A DNA stretch of 64,000 bases from Eledone cirrhosa. Taxonomy: Eukaryota. The notes under the pieces were generated by a model. The model was not told the origin of the DNA, ran no database searches, and saw only the letters and a program-made list of their open reading frames with translations. A program made the translations under genes and the position numbers. The first letter of the stretch is position 1, and every line of letters begins with the position of its first letter. Positions 39,199 to 52,300 of this stretch are shown piece after piece. The DNA is taken from positions 100,626,001-100,690,000 of the forward strand of contig OZ024740.1 in assembly GCA_964016885.1 (NCBI GenBank), in the 5' to 3' direction.

Positions 39199-40084
39199 AT
39201 AATATATAAACAGTACGAAAAATGTAAAAGATTAGTAAAGAGAATCTGTGGTTAAAGGTTTTAATAAAAAGGTTTTTTGGTAGATTTTGAAACATTCTGT
39301 AAAGAATTCTGGTGAAATAAACAGTAGCAAATTCATAAATGTACACACATGTGATAGCTATAGATATATGTTTAAAAAACTGGTGATAAAACAATTTTAA
39401 CTGGGTGGGTGTTTTCTTTTCATTAGGTGTATAAACAACAAATATTGCATTGTCTGTGACTTTAGCTAAAAGCTTTTTATAAAGGAATTCCAGAGATGTC
39501 AGATATAGGTCAACTCTGTATATCATCTTATAGCCTATATCGAATGTTCTCATGTTTGGTTGCTGTGTCCATTATGTCACAAGTACATCCACACACAGGT
39601 ATACATATATGTCCACATATTTCTACATATATCCCCATATTACATACACACATAAACTTGAATGCACATGCACACAGTCACACACACACAAATACATGCT
39701 TGTACATATATAAAAATGAAAACAAAATATTAATAAATACTTATACACAAATACACCCTTGTCTACATATATATGCATTCATATGAAGGAACAAACACAC
39801 AGCACATATGTATGTAAATATGTATGTATATATGCACACATAGTCGTGCATATATATATAAATATTGCTATACACATGTGTATACATATGCACACACAAA
39901 TTGTAAACTTTTACATAAATTTGTGTGCAGGTTTATGTGTGTGTATACAACTATGCATGTTGTGTGTGTGTATACAACAATACTTATATATATATGCTAC
40001 TGATATTTATGAGGTTAGGCTTAACACAATGTTGAAGGCGGGTGGTAAAAGCTTCTGTTGAAATTCTGCAGTCATTCTTTAAGT

Positions 40085-40530
40085 TTTCTAAATAAGTGGA
40101 AGTCACTGTTTAAGTTTAATGTAACATGGAAGAAGATAATTATTTCTAAGTTTGTATCTTTGGGTGTTTTTGTTTTTGAATATGTTGTTGAGGTTTTTTT
40201 TTAATATCTGTTTGGTGGCTTTTATATTTTGTGATAATTTGAGCTCATCATGATATAGAACACATTGCAGGTTGCTAAATGTGTGTAATATGTAGATGAA
40301 TACTGCCTCAAATACCTTAGCCATAATTTGCTACCCATTGGAATATCAAAGGATATATGGGTGTCTTTTTTGTTTACAGTGCTTTGTCAAAAAAAAGCAA
40401 TGGTTGCTAGTTTCCTGTTAGATGGTTGCAATACAATGTTATGTGAATGCTAGAAAGTATTTTAGAAAATATGTGTTTAGTTCTTGAAGAGGTGGAAATC
40501 TATGTCAAATTGAAAACATTTGTTTATGTG
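40085..40530 (-). mobile_element. Penelope-like RT remnant
   Basis: CFQFDIDF, SFDIPMGS, AKVFEAVFIYIL, LYHDEL. Confidence 0.6.
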
Positions 40531-43268
40531 ATTTGCTAACATGGAAAAAATGGATGTTAAACAGTGATGATATTATGGTACCATTTAATTACAGATGTGA
40601 TGTTTCATAAGGGTAAGTATTCTTTTATACTTTTAGTAGTTCAGTCATTAGAATACACCCATGTTAGTGCATCACATTCAATGGTTTAATTGATCATATA
40701 AAAACATTTAGGCATATATTCATAGTGTAATAGAAGTACCAGAGAAAATTCAGTTTTGAATAAAACCAGAGTATTCATTTTACCTTACTCTGTATATCTG
40801 CTTCAGAATAAGTACACCTGATCCCTGCATACAATGAGGTGACAAAAAGGGTTGGTGAGAAGAAGGGTATCGAGTTATAAAACATGGTTTTACAGAGGAT
40901 ACAGTGTGAAGTATGAAAACTGTCATTAGAATACAGTGCTCACTCATGCTTCAGCATGGAAAACGTCCTTAAACCATTAGTTTTGTTTTTGTAACAATAT
41001 AATAGTAATATCATAGTCATAAACATGCTTTGTATATTATCTAGTTTCACCCTCCTCATTTTCAGAATCTGATGATGTTAATGGTTATTTTTCCATTACT
41101 TCGATTTCTCTCAACTAACAAGCTGTGTAGCACCACTTTCTGATTTACTTACTATATCCACCCCTATTATTAATCACTACCATAGTCTTCCTCTAAACCT
41201 GGTGCTAAATTATTTGCTCCAAAACTTATCCCCAGAAAAGCAATCTTCCAGAACTCATATCTTCATACTGAATTTTTCTCTAGAGTCATCAATGAATGGG
41301 TCCCTACATAAAGTGTTTACTTAAACGACACAATGTTCTATTAAAATGATACAAAATTCACATAATGTTGTTCTTGATATAGACTGTCTGGGGAAAAAAT
41401 TAACATTATAGTAAAAGTTTAAATGGCTTTGACAATGACTTCCCAGTATAAACAACAACACTAACCGTGGTCTGAAGCAGATTAGAGAAGGTTGTATATT
41501 TGAGAGAAGAGAGACGAAAATACCCTCTGGTATTAGTTCTTATATTCTGTTGAAGTCATGTTGAATGCATCATCATGATCATGATCATAGGAAAAAGAGA
41601 GAAAACTAGGGTAAGTGTGTTATAGTAGAGATAGTAAGACTGAGGGGATAATAGAAAAGGGAGTAATGAAAGAAATCACTGATAGGCAGTTACATGTTAG
41701 TTATTGGTAATGAGATTTAATTGGAAAAGAACATGAGTGGTAAGATGGGGAAAGAGAGATTGATAAAAAGAAAAAGAGAAAGACTGGGTTGGTTAGCAAT
41801 AAAGATGGGTAATAATGTGTGTGAGAGAGAGAGGGGGGAGGGGGGGATAGAAAATGAGAGTGATGAATGTCAATACTGCATGATAAAGTAGTAACAAGGG
41901 AGAGAGAGAGAGAGAGAGTGTGTGTGTGTGTGTTGATTAGCAACAAAGAAGAGTGATAGAGATTATTGAATGTGGACCGATCTCATGCCATCCCTCTTTA
42001 TACAGTGATGTGCTGGTAAAGATATATATGGTATTAGGGAAGCAAAATGACAGTAGAAGGAGTGAATGATAGATGAGAGAGTAATGAAGAGAGAATGAGG
42101 GGGACAAACAGTGACTTAATACAGACATAATAGCCAAAAGAGACCAAATATACCTTATACATTTGCACATGTCACAGGATATGGGCAAACCTCTTACTTC
42201 TGGGTTCATCAATTGCTAAGTATATTTGATGCTTAACTTTTCTTCTAGTTATTTAATTTAGTTCTTTGCTCCCACCTTTCTTCAAGTTTTCCCAATGCTG
42301 TTTCTTAATTTGTTTACAGCATTATTGCTAACTACAGTCTGGAGAATCTTCCACAGCAATAAACTTAGTCTATTCTTCACACCCGGTTATCATGTTGAAA
42401 TCTCCAGTTGCCCTCAATAAATCTCTATCATTTTCCTCCTACCATCAGGTGTGTCAATTAGTACATCTGGCAGAGGGATGTTTCAGTTTATATAATTTGA
42501 TTTGCCAAATTATTATTATTATTATTATTGTTATTGTTTTGTCTCTCTAAATACTGCTAATTCTTATAAGGTTGCTGCATAAATTGTGATATGAAATCAT
42601 TATCATCATCATTTATCATCTGTTTTTCACATTGACATTGGTTGTACAGGAGATACTTTCCTTCTAGATGGATTGGAAAACCACCTCTTGCTTAGTTTAT
42701 TCCTATTTCGCATGCTTTCTCTGACTGGCTACCCTTCCTAATATCAACTAGTTTACAGAGTGCAGTGGGTGCATTTTGTCATGGCATCATCACTAGAGAG
42801 GATATCATCATGCTCTTGTCTTGACATGGCTGAAGTGTCCTCTCTACCATCTTATAGCATGATTACAGTTGGGTGTCCTGCCAATGCCTACCAGAAAAGA
42901 AGGTTTTCTGTCTAACTGATTTCTCTTACAAGATATTCTTTAACCCATATCTGGCATTTACTGAAGACACTATACAATATGATCAAACTTACAAGCAGAT
43001 ACCTATTCTGAGTTTAAAGGCTACCAAAGGCAATTTTGGTGTTGTACTTCTCTGGTAAGTGATTCGATCTGAGACTGTGTGTTGAAACTAAAACAATTGC
43101 TGTGGAACCATGTCAGTGACCAGTTCACAATGAGTGCAACGTAAATTTTGACACCATGAAATATGTGATGAATATAAAGTTAATAGTTTTCTTGTCTATT
43201 TAAATGGCTAAAATGATTCTTCCATGCAGTGAGTGTTAAAGGCAATTTTGCTTTTCATTATTATGGGA

Positions 43269-43449
43269 TAGACTGGCAGTATTGGTAGAGGGTCGGTCGC
43301 CATGCTTTGATGCACAGAGTTACGGCCCTTGCCATTCTGAGTTCAAATCCCGCCGAGGTTAACTTTGCCTTTCATCCTTACGGGGTCGATAAAATAAAGT
43401 ACCAGTAATGCACTGGGTATTTGCTGGCCTTGTGCCAAAAGTAGAAACA
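43269..43449 (+). mobile_element. Young tRNA-derived SINE with 12-bp TSD
   Basis: TGGCAGTATTGG A box, GAGTTCAAATCCC B box; TSD ATTATTATGGGA at 43257-43268 and 43450-43461. Confidence 0.93.
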
Positions 43450-43777
43450 ATTATTATGGGACTAGTAAAATAAATTCAAGTCAAATACTGAAGATGATAG
43501 AGTCAATTACAGGTCTCCCCCTCTCATAAGACAATATCTGGAAATGTGATAATATTAAAAATCTATTACAGTTAGCAATAGTGGTGTTATTAAGCCTCAG
43601 GTTTGAGTAGGTGTATGATTAAAAACATTTCATCAAACACTCCATCTTTTGTTCTGACAATGTATCTAATTAGCTAATGTGCCATTCCAATTTTTTAAAA
43701 ACAGTAGCATAGAATTTGAGGGTATTTGGCTGTTGTTTCTTTAAGCTTCAGCAATTACATTGTATTCCTCATTGACT

Positions 43778-44022
43778 TTAACCCTTTTGTGATCATATTT
43801 CCAACAAGGATATACTGTCTTTCGGTTTTAATTATCAAACTAATCAACAATTATGAGAGGTTTAGTGAAATAACTTTCAATTTAATAACTTATGACAGTT
43901 ATTGAACAACTGAAATCTAATTGTAGCTTGTATGTAATAATACTCTTTCAGTCGAACATTTAAACTTAACTTTCAACACTTTAATGGAGGCAGTTTTAGG
44001 TGAGTGGTATTTAAAGGGTTAA
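43778..44022. mobile_element. piggyBac-like MITE (TTAA + CCCTTT termini)
   Basis: TTAACCCTTT...AAAGGGTTAA; related bodies at about 6858, 51721, 53950 (split by the RTE), 58115, 60955 and 63105. Confidence 0.65.
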
Positions 44023-46281
44023 AGTTAGAGATCAGGTGATATGGCCTTGTGAGGATAAACATAAGATAAAAACTTGTGCTCAACAAACTGAAGTGATATA
44101 TTACTAAAATATTAAAGTAAGGTAATTCTTGACAAACCTCAGAGATTTAGAGTTGAAAAGAAATATAATCTAAAGAGAAATGTTAGGTCATTCTTGTTTT
44201 CTTCGTTTAAGCCACAGAAATTAGAGATAATATTTATAAGAATTTATATAAAACCAACTAAATAAATATGGTCTCTTTAAATTCCCTAATGAAATAATAA
44301 TCAACAGTACTTGCTACTCTTTGTGATAAGTTACTGAAACTATTATGAAGATAAATGATGAAGATAACATGTTTTGTTTTCTTTGGTTTTGTTTTGTTTT
44401 TGTGTTTGAGGGGTGAAGAGATGTTGTAAGCTCGAAAGAGGAAAATTTAAAATAACTCTTATATTTCTTATATCTAGGAATGATTAATTCATTATTTCTT
44501 AATACCTCAGTCATCTCACTTGAACAAAATTGCTTGCCTTTTATTTATTTTATATTTTTTTCATGTTATCATGTTTTTATTTTTCTCTTACCATCTTGGC
44601 CATCTGCCATAAAATTCTCATTATAAAAACATTAAAATAACTTTATATATTTTGAAGTAAATTTTCCGAATAATTTACAAAGAAATTTTATATTTCATAT
44701 TTCATGTTTGTTTTTTTCATATCCGTTATGTATTATTCATAGTATGTAAAAATAACACTCTTTAAAGGAGCTTAATGGTTAAAAATGTTGGACATATTGT
44801 CTCATCAGACACAGACAGAATATTTTATAGTGTTTCCTTCTAGTCTGTGCTGGAGCAAAATATATACCAATGCAGCCCTTAGAGATTGCTTCATTTTCAT
44901 TAGTAACCATGTCAAAAAATAAGGAAAAAAACGCAATCTAATAAGAGAGTTTACATATAGCAGCAAACGTTGCAAGGAAGATAAATAAAATGCTGCATCG
45001 ATCTCATTGTAAAAAAATCAACACTGTCCTTTCCTTAAAAGGAAATAAATAAAAAACAAATTAAATAAAATTAATTGAGAAAAGGACTCAAAGTATGTGA
45101 TGTGTGTGTATTGAAAAGCTAGTTGAAATTGTATAGGCATGACAGGTGAATAGAATATTTATACTGGATGAAAAATTGTTATGAGTTTGTGGGGAAAAGT
45201 TTCTAAAGAAGGGGAAGACCTTGGATAAAGTTGTCAGGATAGATTTGAAAATACTTGGCTTCACAAAACAGATGAGATAATTGATACAAATCCATCTAAC
45301 CTTTGCACGCATGAAAAACAGATTTTAAAATGATGATGATAGAGCTGATGCAAATCCCTATAAACTATGCAAGCATGAAAAACAAATTTTAAAATGATGA
45401 TTTTTAACATATAATGATAGTCTTGTGCTTTATCACCATTGTTTTAGAATTTTATCTAAATAGAAAAATATGTTTCAGCAAGACAAGTCACATATTTCTA
45501 TTTGCTTCAGTCAATCTTTCTAAAAAAAAAAAAAGATTCTACATGTAAGACTGATTTTTGAAAATAAAATTTAATCTTAGAACCAGAAATTATTTCTACT
45601 CTAGACAGTTGCTAATAACTAACAAAGACATATAATTATCTTTATTCATACTATATCATTGGATCGGTTTTCAGTACTTCACATGAAACTTTTTTTAATA
45701 GAATTTCTTTTTAAGTTGTATGTTTTATTTATCAAATATTGAACACATATCAATTTATTGGAATTACTACTTGTATGCTAAAAAGTGAATTAGATAATTA
45801 GATTAGCAGAGTGGTTAGAGTGGTAGAATAATGCATAACAGGATTTTTTCAAGCTCTTTACATTCTGAGTTAAAATCCCACTGAGGTCAACTATATTTTA
45901 TCGACTCTGAAAGGATGAAAGGTAAAGTACCACTCAAATACTGGAGTTGATTTAATGAAGTTACTCATACCACCAACATTTCTAGCCTTTTACCAACATT
46001 AGAAATTAATAATAACAATAATAATTGCTACTGATTTAGGCACAAGGCCAATCATTTTGGAGGGGAAAGTCTATTAAATCACCCCTAGTGCATTACTGAT
46101 ACTTTATTTTATTGACAGCATCAAAATGAAAGGCAAAGCTAACCTCAGTGGGATATGAACTCAGAATGTAAATGGCCATACCTATGCAGTGAAGCAATGT
46201 GTCTGATGCTCTGCTGATGCCACCAATCAACCATCCAATGATAATATTCATTTTGATGGTTTGAAATACCAAGTTAAGGTC

Positions 46282-47838
46282 TCACCCAGGAGAGCCAATT
46301 TCAATGAGGGTAAGCAGAGTCTCTCTGTGCCTTGGTTAGTTAGTCCACTAGTGATGGTATCACAATAAAAACAGTGGTATTTGCACAACCCGCAAATTCT
46401 AAATTTCAATCATAAGTGGTGTCAAATTAAAATATGGAAGATAACGGCATAAATAGAACTGGAACCCTTGATGGTGAAGATATCACATCCTGCTCCAACA
46501 GGTCAACATCCCATAATGAACCAAAACAATGCAAGAATGAAAAGGAAAAAGGAAATGAATAAGATTGTTATGGAATTTTATCTTAGAAGTGAATCAACAA
46601 ATAGAGGATTTAGAAAACGAATAGTGAATGTGTAGGAACAAATAGTTCCATTTGAAGACAGTGAACAACAAATAGCAGGGCAACTTCTGTGTATAAAAAA
46701 GAGGGGTTGGTTATCTGATATTGAAATTGAAGAAATCAAAAGATCAAACAAAGCAAAGTGCTGGCAGAACCCAAAGATAGGATGGCATTTTTGAAGCAAT
46801 GAATGAAGCTGAAGGACTAGAGGAAAGAGATGGCATTGGATGTGAACATATTGAGGTGAATGAAGACAGATTCTGAAGATGATAGACAACTAATGGGAAA
46901 CCTAGCAGAAAAATTGAGAAGTGAGGAAACATTTAAACCAGTGGATCAGAAACATTTAATCAAACATAGGTGAACAAAGCCACAAAAATAGTAAACAGGG
47001 TTATTGGCTACTTAAATACAGCAAGTATTGGAAAAACTTAAATACAGCTAGTATTGGAAAAACTTAAATACAGTTATTATTGGACAAACTGCTGTTAGGA
47101 TTTGCAAATTTGGTATCAGATATCTTAGGTATAAAACTGAAAAGAATAAGAGGAAATAAAGAACCATGGCGGAAAAGGTACATCGAATATAAGACAGCAT
47201 TTATAAGGGGTGACATAAGCAAATTGAAAAAGGGGAAGAAAACTAAATTGAAGAATCAGGTTGAAATAAGATGCCTGGAATTGTCGTACCATGGCAAAAA
47301 TAAAAGGTTACTAATAGTTAGAGAAGAATTGAAACAAAGGTAAAGCATTAATTGTAAAAATCAGGAACTATGAACAGTGTATAAACCAATACATTCAAAA
47401 TAGTATGTTCCAATCAAATCAGAAAAAGCTATATGATAAATTAGATGGAAACAAGAAATATGATGCTGTAAAACCGGATGCAGAGGTGAGCAGAATATTT
47501 TGGGGAGGTATATGGGACAGAGTTGTTGAGCATAACAGGAATGCTGAGTGGCTGCAGGGAGTGAGTGAAATAGGAGTTACAAGGTAGCAAGAAAATTTGA
47601 TAATGGCATGTGATTAGGTGAAAAATCAGATGAAACAATTGCTAAAATGCAAGGAAAGTGGGGCATGGGGGAGTGCACTGTACTGGCTAATGAGCTTTAG
47701 CAATGTCCATGATGAGATCACAGAACAGTTGAATGAAATTGTATAAGACTGTACCAAAATGGATAACCAAAGGAAGGACATATCTTATCCAAAAAGATGT
47801 AAGTAAGGGTAGTTTAGTTGCCAACTATTAGCCAATAA
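46282..47838 (+). mobile_element. Old R4/Dong-like LINE 5' half
   Basis: KEMNKIVMEFYLRSE, KEPWRKR, MFQSNQKKLY, FWGGIWDRVVEHNRNAEWL, ANY*PI. Confidence 0.8.
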
Positions 47839-50449
47839 GGGAAAATAGTTTAATGCTCTCAAATATGAAAATTTGAATCAGGACCAATAACCATAAGAGC
47901 ATTAGAATGAATAACAGAGAAATATAATAGAAGCAATCAAAATAAAGCAATAATAATAACAACATTTCCCTCCAAAAGAAGAGGTTGGGTTTCACAAAAA
48001 AAAAACATTTTAAAATCTTTTGTGAAGTAAGGAGATATATAACAATGGAAAAATAAACAATAAATAAAAAATTATTTTAAAAAGTTATATACAAAAACAA
48101 TAAAATTTAAGCTTTCCATGCACTTGTCCTCAGTTAAGTCCTGATCCTCCTTTTTTTCAGTAGTTTCCCATTCCTCTCAGGCTTGGATCACCATTGCTAT
48201 TAGATGATGGAGATTTACTAGTGGTTGAACTAAAAAACTATGACTTGTGGACCTCTGGCGGCATATGTTTCTTTTCCTGCAGTAAACTCATGCCTAATGT
48301 TTCTTTTTTATTTGTAGCTTTATTAGAGGAAGAGTTGTTATAGTTGTTTATATTTATTATAAGATGTATGCTTTTGTTTGCAAGGGTTTCTCAAAGTATA
48401 AATGTTTTTGCTTAAAACTATGACTGTTCAATTGAAAAACATTTTACCACTTATTTTTTAAATCCCTGTTTTTGTTTTCAATATTCTATGTGAATTTAGT
48501 TTAGAATAGGTACACTACATCCCAGCATATCATATGACATGGCTAATAGAGTTGGAAAAAGGAAAGGGATCTGGCTACAAAACAAAAAAAAACAAAAAAA
48601 ACAAAACATGAAGATTATGGAGCCTTTCATTAGACCCACAAGGCTAACTTCTGTTGTAGAAGGGAAAATAGCCATAAAACACTTGTTACTGTGTCGGTTT
48701 TGCTTTCAAATTTATGTAAATGTTGTGTGGGGAGGTCCTTTTTATTACTACTACCTTTAGGCTAGCACCTTTTTCTAATGCCCTAGAACTAAACATACTG
48801 AATCATTTATAAACATGTACAATGTATGTTTGCAAACATATAATGAGTCTAAAAACTAATCTTATTTTTAAGCCAAGTAATGAGGTGAACACTCAAATAT
48901 TCTAAATGAACAAAAAAAACCTCTTTCATTTTTTCCTATCAAGTAAATGTAAAAACCAATAAAAAAAAAATAGGTCTGTTACATAGAAAACAACAAAAAC
49001 AATGCATCTTTTGTGCTTCACATTGAGGCAACAGTTATGAGCCAGTCTCACCACAAGCATACAGTAACCAATACCTGTTCTATTCACCTCATCTAATCGA
49101 TCAACTACCTTCTTCTCTAATTTGCTGTACTATATTGCTACATCTTTGCTAAAAACTGACTGATTCTGCTTTAATTTTCCTTTTTAGTGAGGCCCACCAC
49201 ATTAATAATAATAATAATAATGATAATATTATTAATAGTAATAATAATAATTAACTCCGTTCATAAATATAATGGTATGTTAGTGAAATGTTTTGAACTA
49301 ATGAGTTTCTTGTAAGTTGTCCAACACTTTAAACAACCAATTAACACTCTCCAACCCCACCACCATCACACACACATACTTCTATAACATATCTGCAGTG
49401 TCCATATTGGCATACTGTAAATGATTTTGATGATATGTTGTGTTCTTTGAATATATTCTCACAGCAGTTGGTTTGATTCCTTTTCTATGCCTGGCCAGAT
49501 TATTATGAAGTAAGACCAGTAGTTATTATCTTGGTGCAGAATGAGAGAAAATTATTGGTTGTTGTTTAGTTGAAAGTCAGCCCTGATCGAACAAATCTAT
49601 GTTCAAAGGCAATCAAACCATGACCATCTTGTATAATAGTTTTCTGGAATAGTGTTTTATGGCCGAATGGTTTAGATGCTCACTTCACAGTCATGGGGCC
49701 ATGAGTTTAATCCTACTGTGTACCCTTGTATTCATCCAAACCTTGTGAGTGAAACTGGATAGACTGGGAAGCACATCAAATAGACAGTACCAGCAATTCA
49801 AAAATCCTGTGTTGTCACATGTTGTGTGATGCTGATTTAGCTTGAGTATTATATTAAGGATTGAGTATTATATTAAGATCCATCGTTGATTCGTTCTTTT
49901 TAAAATAGTAAGGTGAGATTTGAGAGATATTTGGCTGCTACTTCTAGGTGGTAAAATAATTGCATAAATGCAATCTTTGGCTTGAGGCTCATTCAGCATT
50001 TTTGGTCCTAGGATGGATCAGTTCAAGTGGTCTTCTATGTGTGACCATCTGCTCTGCTATTTCTAGTAGTTCAAGTAAATATGTAAAGGCTTCCTTTATC
50101 CAAGATCACTAAAATGTCTGCAAACACCAGAGATCATCATCATCATCATCATTTAACATCCAGTCTCCAGACTAGCGAGAGTTAGACAGATTGTAACAGA
50201 CCAAGTTAGTACTCAAGTAGAGCTACTGAACTTGAAAATGTGCCAGGGGCTTGCATCTTGTTTACATACATTTTTACACTCTGCATCTAGCTTACATATA
50301 TTTCCACACTCTACTAAATGTATTTTATCATGGGACTAACACTAGGGAGGTTGCAATGTGTTTGATACTGGTGAGAAATCCTCTCAACCCATTGTTTGGA
50401 AGGTTTTCTATGGTCAGATGTCCTTTCTATCACCAACCACTTTATTTAA

Positions 50450-51720
50450 TTATAATGTTTTTTTTGTCTCAGCATTTCCCAGCATTGAAGTAATAAAACA
50501 GTACATCATATAATTTTGGATTATTGCCGTGACTTCACTTACATTTGGTATATATCCGAGTCCACGTGGAGAGCTATGACAACATTGTTCAATTCGATAT
50601 AAATTAGAGACACTGAAGGCAACTAAGTCATATGCAGCTAACAATGGGATAAGATCTTGATAATTTGCGGCATTTGGAAGCACATGTTTTGTCAGTCTTT
50701 CAACAACTGTTTCATATCAATTTCATTACTCCTTTAACTCTGAAACAAATCAAGAATTCTTCCAAAACAGGCAATATGTGGCCTATAGATAGAGAGGGTC
50801 CATCCTGTGTTATTGAAAATAAACCTCTACTACTACAGTTTGAAGTGATGAGATGTGATAGCACTGCAAGATCAGGTGATCTCCTGATTTCTAGGCCTCT
50901 TGTCTTTTTATTGATACAGTGGCTTGTATCAACGTTTATGTTTAGAACTTCAATATGGATAGTTTAGAAAGAACAATTTCAGTAATGTGTGTTAAGATTA
51001 TTTCTCATATCTGGCCCAAGAAAAATGTTCATTGAGATTTTGTCATCAAAACAATCTTAAACTTCAGTTTGATGCATTGGAATGCAGTTCAGGATATCAG
51101 ATTATGAAATATGATGCTATCAGTGCCATTAGTTGATCTAGAATTCATAAAGTTCACAGCTTTGAAAACAATGGAATTGGTCACACATGGAATTCACAAT
51201 CCAGTTTGAATGAATGGTAGTGTAATATAATCATGTTGGATTTGATATTCCTTGAGTAATTTGTTGTGGCTTTCATCCAAGCCATGAAGTGCGTCATCTG
51301 CTGAGATTTTTCTCATAGCTCCTTTGATGTTGAAATCAGTATGCTTGGCATCTACTGGGAGATGTTATTTTCTTTTCTTACCTGTAATAATCAGACCATC
51401 TTTTGTAGTTGTCCACTTGCTAGAGTTAATGACATAATTGAATTTTAAGGGTGCCACTTCCATAGCTTTCTTCAGGATATTTGTGTGACTTTAAAGTGAA
51501 GCAGCCAAATTTGCATATTTCAATTTGTTCTTATTATTGAATACATTTGATAGGCTGGTATAAATAAATTCTGCTATCATTCATATAGTGTAGAATTTGT
51601 GTGGTTTCTTTTTTGAATAAGTATTGCTTTAGCTTGCAGTTATGAACTAAAATAGGTTCAATATACTTGCAATTGACTGACTTTGGTATGTTGAAATGGC
51701 AAAACTTGTAAATGAAAGTT
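50450..51720 (-). pseudogene. Decayed intronless orphan ORF (~400 codons), not assignable to a TE family
   Basis: Protein-like frames joined by few stops and about 3 frameshifts, ending ..DLIPLLAAYDLVAFSVSNLYRIEQCC..AETKKTL*. Confidence 0.5.
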
Positions 51721-52044
51721 TTAACCCTTTTGATACCAACCAATGTGAGATCGCCTTTGGGTTTATGATACAAACTTGCATGTTTTAAAGTATTCATACT
51801 TGAATTAAAATATTCCATCATAATTTTATGTAATATCTGTTACAAACATTAACAAAATAATGATAATGTTAAACATTTTATTAAATCCCACCAAATTCTT
51901 GATAGACAAATTGTATCTTGCATTAACATTAATATTATATACAATTTATATATTCAGATTTATATATTTCAGATTTACAAAAGAAACAAATCAATAAAAA
52001 AGGGAGAAGACATGACTACTAAATTATACATTACAACAGGGTGT

Positions 52045-52300
52045 TGCTCCCCAACAATTTGAGACACTAATGTGGATGATAGTATGACTAGGGAACTGAA
52101 ATTGCCAAGCATTCTCATGGGCATCATCTTGTACTTCAGTAAGATGAGTTTGCTAATAATAACAAAACTTCATTGTCAACAGCTTAGCTTCTCTGAATAT
52201 CTCAAATGCCACAGGCTGCAACAGGTATTTTGCTGATAATTATATGTATTTCAATAATGTATACTCTTCAAGTATGAGTGCAGTGACATCCAAGTTTATA
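52045..52300 (-). mobile_element. CRE-like REL-endonuclease C-terminal fragment
   Basis: LKYI*LSAKYLLQPVAFE....DAHENAWQFQ resembles the KY..L...Y.F.P.AFE..G...D.RE..WL.QR pattern. Confidence 0.5.

Noticed and set aside
40595-40618. 18-nt micro-exon TTACAG|ATGTGATGTTTCATAAGG|GTAAGT
   Set aside because: The donor abuts a decayed SINE-like end and there is no supporting neighbouring exon.
43269-43360. tRNA gene
   Set aside because: A/B boxes are present but there is no cloverleaf; it is multi-copy with tail and TSD, so a SINE head.
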